Below, one piece after another: positions 1 through 8,480 of a stretch of DNA of 20,000 bases. The translations under genes and the position numbers were made by a program. The notes below the pieces were generated by a model. That model was not told where the DNA came from. It searched no databases and was given only the letters and a program-made list of their open reading frames with translations. Numbering within the stretch: position 1 is the first letter of the stretch; the number at the start of each line of letters is the position of its first letter. The DNA is from an uncultured virus (IMG/VR IMGVR_UViG_3300005458_000016) (Duplodnaviria > Heunggongvirae > Uroviricota > Caudoviricetes): the IMG/VR virus record IMGVR_UViG_3300005458_000016. One strand, 5' to 3'.

Positions 1-22
1 CGATGAGGTTACCGCCCCAGGA

Positions 23-1894
23 ATGGGCGGGTCCTCTGCTGGCAGTGCGAGCGCTTTCGGTGAGCGCGTAGCTCGCCGGTCCGACTACGAGGGTACGATG
101 ACTACCCTTACCAAGTCCCTTGTCAAGGGTGTCGGGCACATTACCAATGACGGGCGTCCCCTCAGTGAGGGAGCCCACAGCACCCAGATCCTGTCCAAGT
201 CGCATCAGGCGATTCTCGATACCAGGGCTGCTGCTTTTGACGGTCGGTGGAATTCCGCTGACACCGTATCCCGGATTAACCCTGAGCTGTGGCGGCAGGC
301 ACCCCAGCAGTACAAGGGTCTGGGAATGCAGCTGAACAATGACGCGGAAGTCCGCAAGTCTCAGGACGCTGCTCTCGGGAAGTCTTTCACTGCGGGAAAC
401 CTGGGGCTTAACGGTGCTCCCTATGGGCTGGTCCCCTTTGACCTGCTCGCACCGTCGAGGCTCATCTACCCGGTATATACCCTTTTCCGCAACAAGTTCC
501 CCCGTCCTGCCGGTCAGGGTGCTTCCCGCCAGGTCTACGGTCTGCTCGGGGTCAGCGGCTCCCAGACCGGGGGTCAGGGCGTTATTGACATCTCCATTCC
601 TGAGCTGGTCCAGGCAGGCGGGACGATGGCGAGCACTCAGTGGCCCATGAACCTCCCGGGTTCTGGTAAGCAGACTGAGTTCAAGCTGAATGTCCCTTAC
701 CGTTTCTTCGGGCTTACTGAGTCGCTCTCGTGGCTCGCTCAGTTCGAAGGTCAGGGATTCGAAGATATTTCTGCCCTGGCAAACCTGGTGCTTCTCCAGG
801 AGATGATGTTGGGTGAAGAGTACCAGATGATTGCTGGGTCTTCCCAGCCTCTGGCTACTCCCAGCGCCCCCACTCTGGTTGCCCGTACTGCAGGATCGAA
901 TGAGACTGCTGTCGGAACCACTGGTACTGCCCGTGTCAGGGTCTCCGCGCTGAACTACTTCGGGGAGACTGCCGCTAGCACTGCCGCGACTGTCACCACT
1001 TCCGCTGGTCAGGTTATTGACGTAACCATTGCGCCAGTTACCGGAGCCCAGCAGTACAACCTTTACTACGCAGGTAACTCTGCCACCGTATTCCTGATGG
1101 CAGGAACCACCGTGCAGGCAGGAGTCACCACCAGCGGTGCGCAGACCGCGAACGCTGTCGGTGGTATCCGGTTCACTATCCAGGGTGCTGACCCCACGTC
1201 CGCTAACGGTTCTTTCCCGACCACAGACACCGGAACGGGTTCCGGAAACCGGATGGAGGGGCTTATCCCCACTCTCACCGGGCTTTCCGCAACCGGTAGC
1301 GGTCCCTACTCTAACGTCGGGTTCGGAGGCGGGAACGTCTGGAAGGGCGGATATGTCAACCAGAGCGTCGGAACTCACCTGAGCACTAACGTCATTTTCA
1401 CCGCACTGGATGCCCTGTGGGAAAACAATGGCATGAACAATGTCACCCCGGGCGTGTTCAAGGCTGATCCTTCTGAGATTGTCGCTGATGGTGGCGACCT
1501 CATGAGGCTCGCAAATGACATGCTCAACCAGGGTAGCGCTCTTAACTACCTGCTGAACATCGACCAGTCGCAGATCGGCGGCATTCGTGCTGGCGCTGCG
1601 GTTGCAGAGTTCGTCAACCCGGTCACCAGGAGCACTGTCAAGCTGACTGTCCACCCGTGGATGAGCCAGGGCACCGCGCTGCTTATGAGCTACCAGCTCC
1701 CGCAGACGTGGAGCCACGTTGACAATGCGTGGGAAATGACCTGCGTGCAGGATTACGTTAGTGTCGCATGGCCTGTCATTGACGCTTCCTTCCGCTACTC
1801 CATTTTCCTCCTCGGGACTCTCGTTGCGCATGCTCCTATGTACAGCGGAATCCTCCAGGGACTCCAGGTCAGCGATATTACGCCTTTCAGTTAA
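23..1894 (+). CDS. Major capsid protein (probable HK97 fold) with an internal Ser/Thr/Ala/Gly-rich Ig/FN3-like insertion; true start may lie upstream of the window
   Basis: 623 aa. Capsid-like motifs LIYPVYTLFRNKFPRP, QEMMLGEEYQMIAG and AEFVNPVTRSTVKLTVHPWMSQGT. The frame is open from base 2 (gat gag gtt acc...), so the N-terminus may be truncated. It precedes the neck and tail genes. Confidence 0.8.
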   Translation: MGGSSAGSASAFGERVARRSDYEGTMTTLTKSLVKGVGHITNDGRPLSEGAHSTQILSKSHQAILDTRAAAFDGRWNSADTVSRINPELWRQAPQQYKGLGMQLNNDAEVRKSQDAALGKSFTAGNLGLNGAPYGLVPFDLLAPSRLIYPVYTLFRNKFPRPAGQGASRQVYGLLGVSGSQTGGQGVIDISIPELVQAGGTMASTQWPMNLPGSGKQTEFKLNVPYRFFGLTESLSWLAQFEGQGFEDISALANLVLLQEMMLGEEYQMIAGSSQPLATPSAPTLVARTAGSNETAVGTTGTARVRVSALNYFGETAASTAATVTTSAGQVIDVTIAPVTGAQQYNLYYAGNSATVFLMAGTTVQAGVTTSGAQTANAVGGIRFTIQGADPTSANGSFPTTDTGTGSGNRMEGLIPTLTGLSATGSGPYSNVGFGGGNVWKGGYVNQSVGTHLSTNVIFTALDALWENNGMNNVTPGVFKADPSEIVADGGDLMRLANDMLNQGSALNYLLNIDQSQIGGIRAGAAVAEFVNPVTRSTVKLTVHPWMSQGTALLMSYQLPQTWSHVDNAWEMTCVQDYVSVAWPVIDASFRYSIFLLGTLVAHAPMYSGILQGLQVSDITPFS

Positions 1895-1904
1895 TCTCCA
1901 GGTT

Positions 1905-1988
1905 CCCGGAGGGGGCGGGACTACAATGACCCCTCCCCTCCGGGTTCTGGGTTACGTTCTTTAACCCGCAAAGCGGCAGCTTAGCCGC
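1905..1988 (+). terminator. Three tandem stem-loops after the capsid gene (terminator, attenuator or mRNA stabiliser)
   Basis: cccggagggg(1905-1914)/cccctccggg(1935-1944); gggtta(1949-1954)/taaccc(1962-1967); gcggc(1973-1977)/gccgc(1984-1988). Confidence 0.55.
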
Positions 1989-2015
1989 ATCATTTCAGAT
2001 ACAAAAAGGAGTTTT

Positions 2016-2336
2016 GTGGCTATCGCTACCTCTTACCAGACAGTCGTTACTGCTGCTGCTACTACGTCAACAGCGCTTTACACGACTTCGACAACTGGCT
2101 ACCAGCGTGATCTGGTCGTGACCAATAGCGGTGCGAGCACATGCTTCATCGCCCTCGGGACCGGGGTTACCAGTGCAGCTACGACCACCAGCTTCGGGCT
2201 TCCGACTGGCTCTTCTGTAGTACTTACCGAGTGCCAGGTCCCGAACAGCACTATCCTTTACGGGTTTGCTGCCGCATCGCCTGCTGGCGGGCTGAACGTG
2301 TCCATTGGGTATGGCTCGGTTGTCTCCGTTATCTAA
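2016..2336 (+). CDS. Small Thr/Ser-rich beta-strand virion protein (putative capsid decoration), paralog 1
   Basis: GTG start with an aaggag RBS, directly after the capsid gene. Motif LVVTNSGASTCFIALG..V......FGLPTG resembles the ORFs at 2374 and 9944. Confidence 0.6.
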   Translation: MAIATSYQTVVTAAATTSTALYTTSTTGYQRDLVVTNSGASTCFIALGTGVTSAATTTSFGLPTGSSVVLTECQVPNSTILYGFAAASPAGGLNVSIGYGSVVSVI

Positions 2337-2373
2337 ATTAAATAAGAGGAAACTTTCTCTTTAAGGAGACATC

Positions 2374-2895
2374 ATGGCTAACCTTCCTCCAGGCTCCCCG
2401 AACTGGGTAAACCTGTCTTACACCCCGACGTGGCTGTTCACCCCGTCAACGAGTGCCCCGAACACGGTTGAATTGCACAACAACGGGAATAACACTGTTT
2501 ACGTGGGGCAGGCAAACGTCACCACCACCAGCGGACTCCCCATCCCCCCGAGGACGAAGCCGGTGTTCCTGACTAATGTGCTCACCCCGCTGTACGCGAT
2601 TTCTGCGATCAGCCAGGGTACATTGCTCGGGACGGTGAGCAGTGCCTCCACTGCGGGCAGCACCACTCAGATTTTCTCTGCTGGTGCGGTCACGGCACTC
2701 CCCCCGGGGACGCAGTTCATTATCGCGAACACTCAGTGGACCTCCAACCTGGAGGTTCTCAATGTTGCCACCTCGGTCGGGACAACCACGGTTTCCACGT
2801 CCACCCCTGCACTGTATGCGCACGGGACAACGGACCTGATTTACGCGGTTGCCCCCACTTTCGGGCAGATTTCCGTTCGCGGCGGCGTTCTCTAG
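2374..2895 (+). CDS. Thr/Ser-rich virion protein, paralog 2, with an inserted ~70-aa beta module
   Basis: aaggag RBS. VELHNNGNNTVYVGQANVTTTSGLPIPP motif. Residues ~87-157 resemble insertions in the adaptor and tail tube. Confidence 0.6.
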   Translation: MANLPPGSPNWVNLSYTPTWLFTPSTSAPNTVELHNNGNNTVYVGQANVTTTSGLPIPPRTKPVFLTNVLTPLYAISAISQGTLLGTVSSASTAGSTTQIFSAGAVTALPPGTQFIIANTQWTSNLEVLNVATSVGTTTVSTSTPALYAHGTTDLIYAVAPTFGQISVRGGVL

Positions 2896-2898
2896 TAT

Positions 2899-2940
2899 CC
2901 TGTAGTTCACCGGGGGCGCAATGCCCCCGGTGAACTCAGG
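2899..2940 (+). terminator. Long GC-rich hairpin with no U-tract, between the capsid genes and the sugar cassette
   Basis: Perfect 14-bp stem agttcaccgggggc(2904-2917)/gcccccggtgaact(2923-2936), loop gcaat, extendable by cctg/cagg. Confidence 0.6.
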
Positions 2941-2953
2941 AAGGTAATCGCAG

Positions 2954-3529
2954 ATGGCTTACTTGTATCCGTATTCCGCAGGAATACAGGTGCCCAGCTA
3001 TATCGAGACAGATAAGATCGAACCGCACGGATACTTCCGGGAGTACCTGAAGATTGCCGCAGATATCGGTCCTTTCGGGAACGTCTGTGAAGTAGGGGTT
3101 TACGAGGGGGAATCCCTGCGGATGTGGCAGGGGCTTTTCCCGCTGGGAACAATCACCGGGGTGGATTGCAACCAGGCGGCTATATGGCCACAGGGAACAG
3201 TGAAAGTTGTCAAGAACCAGGATGACCTTTCACTTGCTGAACTCGGTCCCTTCGACCTGATCGTTGAAGATGCCAGCCATAACGGGACACTCTCGAAGAG
3301 AACCTTCGAAATCCTGTGGCCCCAGGTTGCCCCCGGTGGTTACTACGTTATCGAAGACTGGTACGTAGGGTTCCACGGACTGGTCCCCACCCAGTACGAA
3401 CCAGAGATGATCAGCACGATGACATCCCTGCTGGAGCTGCTGAAAACCCGGGACGGGGAGTGCGATTCAGTCCTGTTCCGCTACGGACTCGCGATCGTCC
3501 ATAAGGTTCCTGCTAAGATAACCCCATGA
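2954..3529 (+). CDS. Class I SAM-dependent methyltransferase (probable sugar O-methyltransferase)
   Basis: Motif I VCEVGVYEGESLRMW; ITGVD; FDLIVEDASH; PGGYYVIEDW. Confidence 0.8.
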   Translation: MAYLYPYSAGIQVPSYIETDKIEPHGYFREYLKIAADIGPFGNVCEVGVYEGESLRMWQGLFPLGTITGVDCNQAAIWPQGTVKVVKNQDDLSLAELGPFDLIVEDASHNGTLSKRTFEILWPQVAPGGYYVIEDWYVGFHGLVPTQYEPEMISTMTSLLELLKTRDGECDSVLFRYGLAIVHKVPAKITP

Positions 3530-4191
3530 CGCGGATAGCTCTCTATGGCGCATCCAACCCTCACGTGGAGCGGCTGCTCCGCAGGGTTACGGCAGCTGAC
3601 CCGAACCTGGAGATCCTCGGGTTCATCGATGACGATCCTGCCAAACGGGGAACGATGTTCGCGGGATATCCGGTAACGGGGATTGATGTCCTCACAGTTC
3701 TCGATTTGTTCGATGTGTCGTTCGTCAACCTGGTCAGCGGTAACTGCGCGAGTCGCTACAAGACATCGCGGGTGCTCGCGGATAAAGGCTGCCGGTTCGC
3801 GAACCTGATCGACCCGGGGGTTGACCTGGAAGGCGTGCAGCTCGGGGTCGGGTTGTATGTCCAGGAAGGCGTGCATATCCAGCAGTCAGCAGCTATTGGT
3901 GACAATACAAGTATCCATATGGCTGCCCTCGTCTCTCACGAGAGCTGGGTCGGGGACTCATGTTTCATCGCGCATGCCGTCTCCATCTCAGGATGCGTGG
4001 ACATCGAGGACGGAGTTTACGTCGGGACGAACGCGACGATCCTCCCGAACCTCACCCTGGGGAGATGGTCGATTATCGGGGCTGGCTCGGTGGTCACGAA
4101 AGACGTTCCCGAATACACGGTGGTCGCGGGTAATCCTGCGAAAGTTATCCGCGAAGTCGAGCACGAATACGAGTCGGGTGCGATCCGGTGA
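3526..4191 (+). CDS. NeuD/PglD-family sugar acetyltransferase (Rossmann domain plus left-handed beta-helix)
   Basis: ILGFIDDDP, FANLIDP, catalytic-type SHES, hexapeptide repeats, IIGAGSVVTKDVPEYTVVAGNPAKVIR. Confidence 0.9.
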   Translation: MTRIALYGASNPHVERLLRRVTAADPNLEILGFIDDDPAKRGTMFAGYPVTGIDVLTVLDLFDVSFVNLVSGNCASRYKTSRVLADKGCRFANLIDPGVDLEGVQLGVGLYVQEGVHIQQSAAIGDNTSIHMAALVSHESWVGDSCFIAHAVSISGCVDIEDGVYVGTNATILPNLTLGRWSIIGAGSVVTKDVPEYTVVAGNPAKVIREVEHEYESGAIR

Positions 4192-5225
4192 TCCCGCTTT
4201 TCAAGCCCAGCTGCTCTGACCTTGAGATTCAGAATGTCACCAGGGTTCTCCGCAGCGGATTCTGGTCGATGGGTCCTGTTGTTGAGGAACTGGAAGAACA
4301 GTTCGCGAAATACACCGGTTCCCGGCATGCAGTTGCCGTGAGCAACTGCACTGCAGCCCTCCAGCTCGCTCTGGAGACTCTCGGGGTACGCGACGGGGAA
4401 GTTATCATGCCCGCGCTGACATTCGCCGCTACGGGACTCTCAGTGCTGCACAGCGGGGGTAGGGTCGTTCTCGCGGACATCGATGAGAATACCTTGTGCA
4501 TCGACTGGGATGACGTGAAAAGCAAGGAAACCCAGCGGACTGCCGCGATCATCCCGGTATGGTACGGGGGGACCGTGAACTCCCCTCGTTCTTTCCCCTC
4601 CGGGTGGATTATCGAAGATTGCGCTCATGCTGCTGGCAATATGCTTGCAGGGCAGATCGGGGATGTCGCCTGCTGGTCGTTCAATGCAGTGAAAAACCTC
4701 GCCTCCGGGGATGGCGGGATGATCACCACTCCTGACGGGGAACTTGCCGCGAGACTACGGAGACTCCGCAGGTTCGGGATTGACCGCAAAGGCTGGGATT
4801 ACAGCATTCCCGACCCTGGCTGGAAAGCGGACATGAACGATATCACCGCAGCTATTGCCCTGGCTCAGCTCCAGCGGCTGGACGAGATGAACGAGCTGCG
4901 CAGGAAGATCGTGCTGACCTATATGAAAGAATTCAGCGACCTGGACTGGCTGAGACTCCCCGAGTGGGATGAGAACTCCTCCTGGCACATGTTCGTGGCG
5001 AGAACGCAGCACAGGGACAGCCTGATCACTCACATGTATTCTCGCGGGGTATCAGCAGGAGTGCACTACAAGCCACTCAACCTGCACAGGATTTTCGGGG
5101 AACACAAGAAACTCCCCGTCACGGACAGGGTATGGAAAACCCTGGTCACGTTCCCCCTGTATCCCGATATGACTGACGATGATCTCGGGCAGGTCATTGA
5201 TGCGGTCAGGAGTTTCCTTGTTTGA
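4188..5225 (+). CDS. DegT/DnrJ/EryC1/StrS PLP-dependent nucleotide-sugar aminotransferase
   Basis: AVAVSNCTAALQLAL, PALTFAAT, IIEDCAHA, PLP lysine in SFNAVKNL, GDGGMITT, GVHYKPL, FPLYPDM. Confidence 0.93.
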   Translation: MIPLFKPSCSDLEIQNVTRVLRSGFWSMGPVVEELEEQFAKYTGSRHAVAVSNCTAALQLALETLGVRDGEVIMPALTFAATGLSVLHSGGRVVLADIDENTLCIDWDDVKSKETQRTAAIIPVWYGGTVNSPRSFPSGWIIEDCAHAAGNMLAGQIGDVACWSFNAVKNLASGDGGMITTPDGELAARLRRLRRFGIDRKGWDYSIPDPGWKADMNDITAAIALAQLQRLDEMNELRRKIVLTYMKEFSDLDWLRLPEWDENSSWHMFVARTQHRDSLITHMYSRGVSAGVHYKPLNLHRIFGEHKKLPVTDRVWKTLVTFPLYPDMTDDDLGQVIDAVRSFLV

Positions 5226-5787
5226 CGAGCACTGGATCAGCGAAGGTCAGCTCAGCAGGACTGCGGAACTGGCGGCATCCACGAATGACCTCCCTGGGGA
5301 GGTTATTGAGATAGGGGTGCATCAGGGTCTCTCCGCGATCCCCATCGCGAACGCTGTTTACCCGAAAGTCTTGCACGCAGTTGATCACTGGGACTGGCAG
5401 CAGGTGCTCAACGGAGATGAGAGATACGATCCTCATGACCACGCAGGGAGTCTCTCCGCGATCGGGCTGACACAGGAAATCATCTCCAGGGACAATCACG
5501 GGATATTCCAGGAGAACGTCAGGGAAGGCACCCAGGGTAACGTTCAGATCTGGAAGATGGGATGGCGGGAGTTCGCGGCACAGTGGACGAGACCTGTCAG
5601 GTTTCTTCATATTGACGCGATGCACACCGCTGATGAGGTTGCGGATAATATCAGGGCATTTCTCCCGTTCGCGGTCGAGGGCGCTATTTTCTGCGGAGAT
5701 GACTATCAATATCCCCCGGTTTCCGAGGGTGTCGCCCGGTGTTTCGATGCCAACGACGAGTCTGCGCTGTGGTGGGTGAGGATATGA
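5218..5787 (+). CDS. Class I SAM-dependent methyltransferase (Methyltransf_24/TylF-like)
   Basis: GEVIEIGVHQGLS, HAVDHW, FLHIDAMH, GAIFCGDDY. Start moved to in-frame TTG 5218, which has aggag at 5208-5212 (ORF track start 5179). Confidence 0.8.
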   Translation: MFDEHWISEGQLSRTAELAASTNDLPGEVIEIGVHQGLSAIPIANAVYPKVLHAVDHWDWQQVLNGDERYDPHDHAGSLSAIGLTQEIISRDNHGIFQENVREGTQGNVQIWKMGWREFAAQWTRPVRFLHIDAMHTADEVADNIRAFLPFAVEGAIFCGDDYQYPPVSEGVARCFDANDESALWWVRI

Positions 5788-6227
5788 TCCGCGTCTGTTT
5801 CGTCTGCCTGGGTAACATCTGCCGCTCCCCGCTGGCTGAAATCGTATTGCGTGCTGAGCTGGCTCGTGCCGGTATCAGGGATGTCATCGTGGACAGCGCG
5901 GGTACTAACACGGGACATGCTGGTCTCCCGATGCACATCGAATCCCAGAAAGCACTGGCTGATCGAGGTTACGACGGGTCAGGGCATATAGCTAGGCAGT
6001 TCCAGTCTTCGTGGCTCACCGAACGGGACCTGCTTTTCGCCATGGACAAGAAGAACCTTGCAGATCTCCGGGAGCTTGGCGGGGATGACAGGGTGCACCT
6101 GTTCTGCGATGAGGAAATCCCTGATCCTTTCTTCGGGGGACCTGCTGATTTTGCTCATGCGCTTGACATGATCGAGGCTGGAACCCCCGCTGTTCTCGCT
6201 AGGATTTCTGCTATGCTAGCGGAATGA
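5784..6227 (+). CDS. Low-molecular-weight protein-tyrosine-phosphatase family enzyme
   Basis: P-loop VCLGNICRSP, DSAGT, AMD, general-acid loop IPDPFFG. ATG 5784 overlaps the upstream TGA (ATGA). Confidence 0.92.
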   Translation: MIRVCFVCLGNICRSPLAEIVLRAELARAGIRDVIVDSAGTNTGHAGLPMHIESQKALADRGYDGSGHIARQFQSSWLTERDLLFAMDKKNLADLRELGGDDRVHLFCDEEIPDPFFGGPADFAHALDMIEAGTPAVLARISAMLAE

Positions 6228-6802
6228 ATCAAACGCTAAGCGAGCAACTGAATGACCTGACTTCCGGGGTTGACATCGCCTGCAAGGCAATGGACCCCGC
6301 AGACCTGGAAAGAGCAGCAGGAATGCTGCTGAACACCCGGAGGATGGGCAGGTTCGTGTTCCTTTGCGGGAATGGCGGGTCCGCAGGGCTGGCGAATCAC
6401 GCAGCCAACGATTTCGCGAAAGCGGGACTGCATGCCATCTCCCTGGGGCAGAGCCCGGAGCTGATTACCGCCGCAGGAAACGATGATGGATACGAGAACG
6501 TGTTCTCCAGCCAGCTGGAGATGCTTGCCCGAACTGGCGACATGCTGCTCACCATCTCCTCCTCGGGGAAATCCCCGAACATCATCCGGGCACTGGAATA
6601 CGCGAGCGACAACGGGCTGAAGTCGGTCTCGCTTACCGGGTTCACCGGGGGCAAGGCGCGTGAACGGGCTGACGTATCGGTGCACGTGGAAGCGGACGTG
6701 CATGATTACGGAGTGGTGGAAACCGCGCATCAGGCAATCCTGCACGCTTTCGCTGCTCACGTGAAGGCAAGATGGTCTGCCTCCAGCGAGGCTGCACGTT
6801 GA
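6224..6802 (+). CDS. gmhA: SIS-domain sugar-phosphate isomerase, GmhA (phosphoheptose isomerase)-like
   Basis: CGNGGSA..A.H, ITAAGNDDGYENVFSSQL, ISSSGKSPNIIRA, LTGFTGG, VETAH...LH. Confidence 0.8.
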   Translation: MNQTLSEQLNDLTSGVDIACKAMDPADLERAAGMLLNTRRMGRFVFLCGNGGSAGLANHAANDFAKAGLHAISLGQSPELITAAGNDDGYENVFSSQLEMLARTGDMLLTISSSGKSPNIIRALEYASDNGLKSVSLTGFTGGKARERADVSVHVEADVHDYGVVETAHQAILHAFAAHVKARWSASSEAAR

Positions 6803-7575
6803 TTTACGACTGCTTCCTGTTTCATAATGAGCTTGACCTCCTGGAATGCAGACTGAGGGAACTGGAAGATATTCCCCTTAAGCATGTCCTGGCGGAAGCT
6901 GCCGCTACCCATCAGGGTGCCCCGAAGCCTTTCTATTACGCTGAGAACAGGGAACGTTTCGCGGCATGGGAAGACAAGATCATTCACGTCATGCTCCCTG
7001 CGAAAGACCTGGATGTCCCCGGGGATAATCATCGTCGTGCTATCGCGCATCGCAGGCATCTCATGCAGGGGCTCGGGGATGCGGATCGTGATGACCTGAT
7101 CATGCTTTCCGATGTGGATGAGATTCCCCGCAACGAGATCGTCGCAGAATTCCTCCCTCCCAACCGGGCGCTGGAAATGTCATTCCATAATTTCGCCGTT
7201 GACTGGCTGCATCCGCTCCCCTGGTGCGGTCCGGTGACCGCGAAGATGAAAGACATCACTGATTTCGAGAGAATGCGCAACATGAGGAATTTCTTCCCGC
7301 GCATTCCCGGGGCGGGATGGCATTTCTCCTGGCTCGGGGGAGTGGAAGCCATCAAGGAGAAAGCTCTCGCAACCTCTCACACTGAAACTACCAGCCAGAT
7401 GCTGGAATGGGCTGACGCGGGCCTGCTGTACGAGCAGGGACGCTCCTGGGAGGACGGGAAGCCTTTCGGGCTGACCACCCAGATGCGTCCTACGGGAACT
7501 GGCGATCTCCCTTTGTGGATTCAGGAACGTCACTGCCCGCAAGAATGGTTCCGTCCTGAAGGGGAACGTAAATGA
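6799..7575 (+). CDS. Glycosyltransferase, GT17 (MGAT3/GnT-III)-like
   Basis: IYDCFLFHNELDLLECRL, E...THQG.PKP, LIMLSDVDEIP (DxD), GWHFSWLGG. Start moved to TTG 6799, which overlaps the upstream stop (TTGA). Confidence 0.85.
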   Translation: MIYDCFLFHNELDLLECRLRELEDIPLKHVLAEAAATHQGAPKPFYYAENRERFAAWEDKIIHVMLPAKDLDVPGDNHRRAIAHRRHLMQGLGDADRDDLIMLSDVDEIPRNEIVAEFLPPNRALEMSFHNFAVDWLHPLPWCGPVTAKMKDITDFERMRNMRNFFPRIPGAGWHFSWLGGVEAIKEKALATSHTETTSQMLEWADAGLLYEQGRSWEDGKPFGLTTQMRPTGTGDLPLWIQERHCPQEWFRPEGERK

Positions 7576-8480
7576 AAGGCTCACGGTGCCTGATCACCGG
7601 AGGAGCAGGACTGATCGGGAGTCATATCGCTGATCAGCTCATCGAGGCAGGGGCGGAAGTTTTCGTCCTGGACAACCTCTCCGGGGGAGACAGGAAGAAT
7701 GTCCCTCCGGGAACTCAGTTCTACCTGGGTGATATCCGCGATGAGAAACTGCTTGAAAGCCTGATGTACGGAGTTGATTACGTTTTCCATCAGGCTGCGG
7801 TGAAAATCAAGCAGTGCGCGGAAGACCCCCAGCTGGGGATTGATGTGATTGCGACAGGGACTCTCAACGTTTTCCAGGCTGCGAAAAGAGCGAAAGCCAG
7901 GGTCGTAGCCGCGAGTTCCTCCAGTATCTACGGGCTTGCGGACGAGTTCCCCACGAACGAGAAACATCACTCGTACAACGATACGACGCTATACGGGGCA
8001 GGGAAAGCGTTCACCGAGGGGATAGCACGCAGTCTTGACCTGGACTGCGTGATGCTGCGGTATTTCAGCGTTTACGGCCCCCGGGTGGATGTCAGCGGGA
8101 TTTACACGGAGGTTCTCCCCAGGTGGATGGACAGGATTTCCGCTGGACTCCCCCCGTATATCGAAGGTGACGGAACTGCGACTCGCGATTTCGTGTATGT
8201 CGGGGATGTGGCGAGAGCTAACATCCTCGCAGCGCAAAGCGATGTCGTGGGTGCGTTCAACATCGCCTCAGGGATAGAGACAACTCTCACTGACCTGGCA
8301 GGGATGCTGCTGGAGATCATGGGATCGGATTTGCAGCCAGAATACGGTCCGGTCAGGAAGATCGACCCATGTCCCCGGAAAAAGGCAGACATCTCCCTCG
8401 CGAGAAAGCAACTCGGGTGGGAGCCTCAGGTTGACCTGAAAACAGGATTGAAAGAACTCGTCTCCTGGCGGTACTCATGA
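7572..8480 (+). CDS. NAD-dependent nucleotide-sugar epimerase/dehydratase (extended SDR)
   Basis: ITGGAGLIGSH, VFHQAA, ASSSSIYG, YxxxK (YGAGK), RYFSVYGPR, GDGTATRDFVYVGDVARAN. Confidence 0.93.
   Translation: MKGSRCLITGGAGLIGSHIADQLIEAGAEVFVLDNLSGGDRKNVPPGTQFYLGDIRDEKLLESLMYGVDYVFHQAAVKIKQCAEDPQLGIDVIATGTLNVFQAAKRAKARVVAASSSSIYGLADEFPTNEKHHSYNDTTLYGAGKAFTEGIARSLDLDCVMLRYFSVYGPRVDVSGIYTEVLPRWMDRISAGLPPYIEGDGTATRDFVYVGDVARANILAAQSDVVGAFNIASGIETTLTDLAGMLLEIMGSDLQPEYGPVRKIDPCPRKKADISLARKQLGWEPQVDLKTGLKELVSWRYS

Noticed and set aside
2954..5787. DNA methyltransferases
   Set aside because: Neither methyltransferase shows DPPY/NPPY or PC catalytic motifs. Both resemble small-molecule or sugar O-methyltransferases.
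5784..6227. Arsenate reductase ArsC
   Set aside because: The P-loop CLGNICRS is PTP-type, there is no evident pair of resolving cysteines, and there is no ars operon context.
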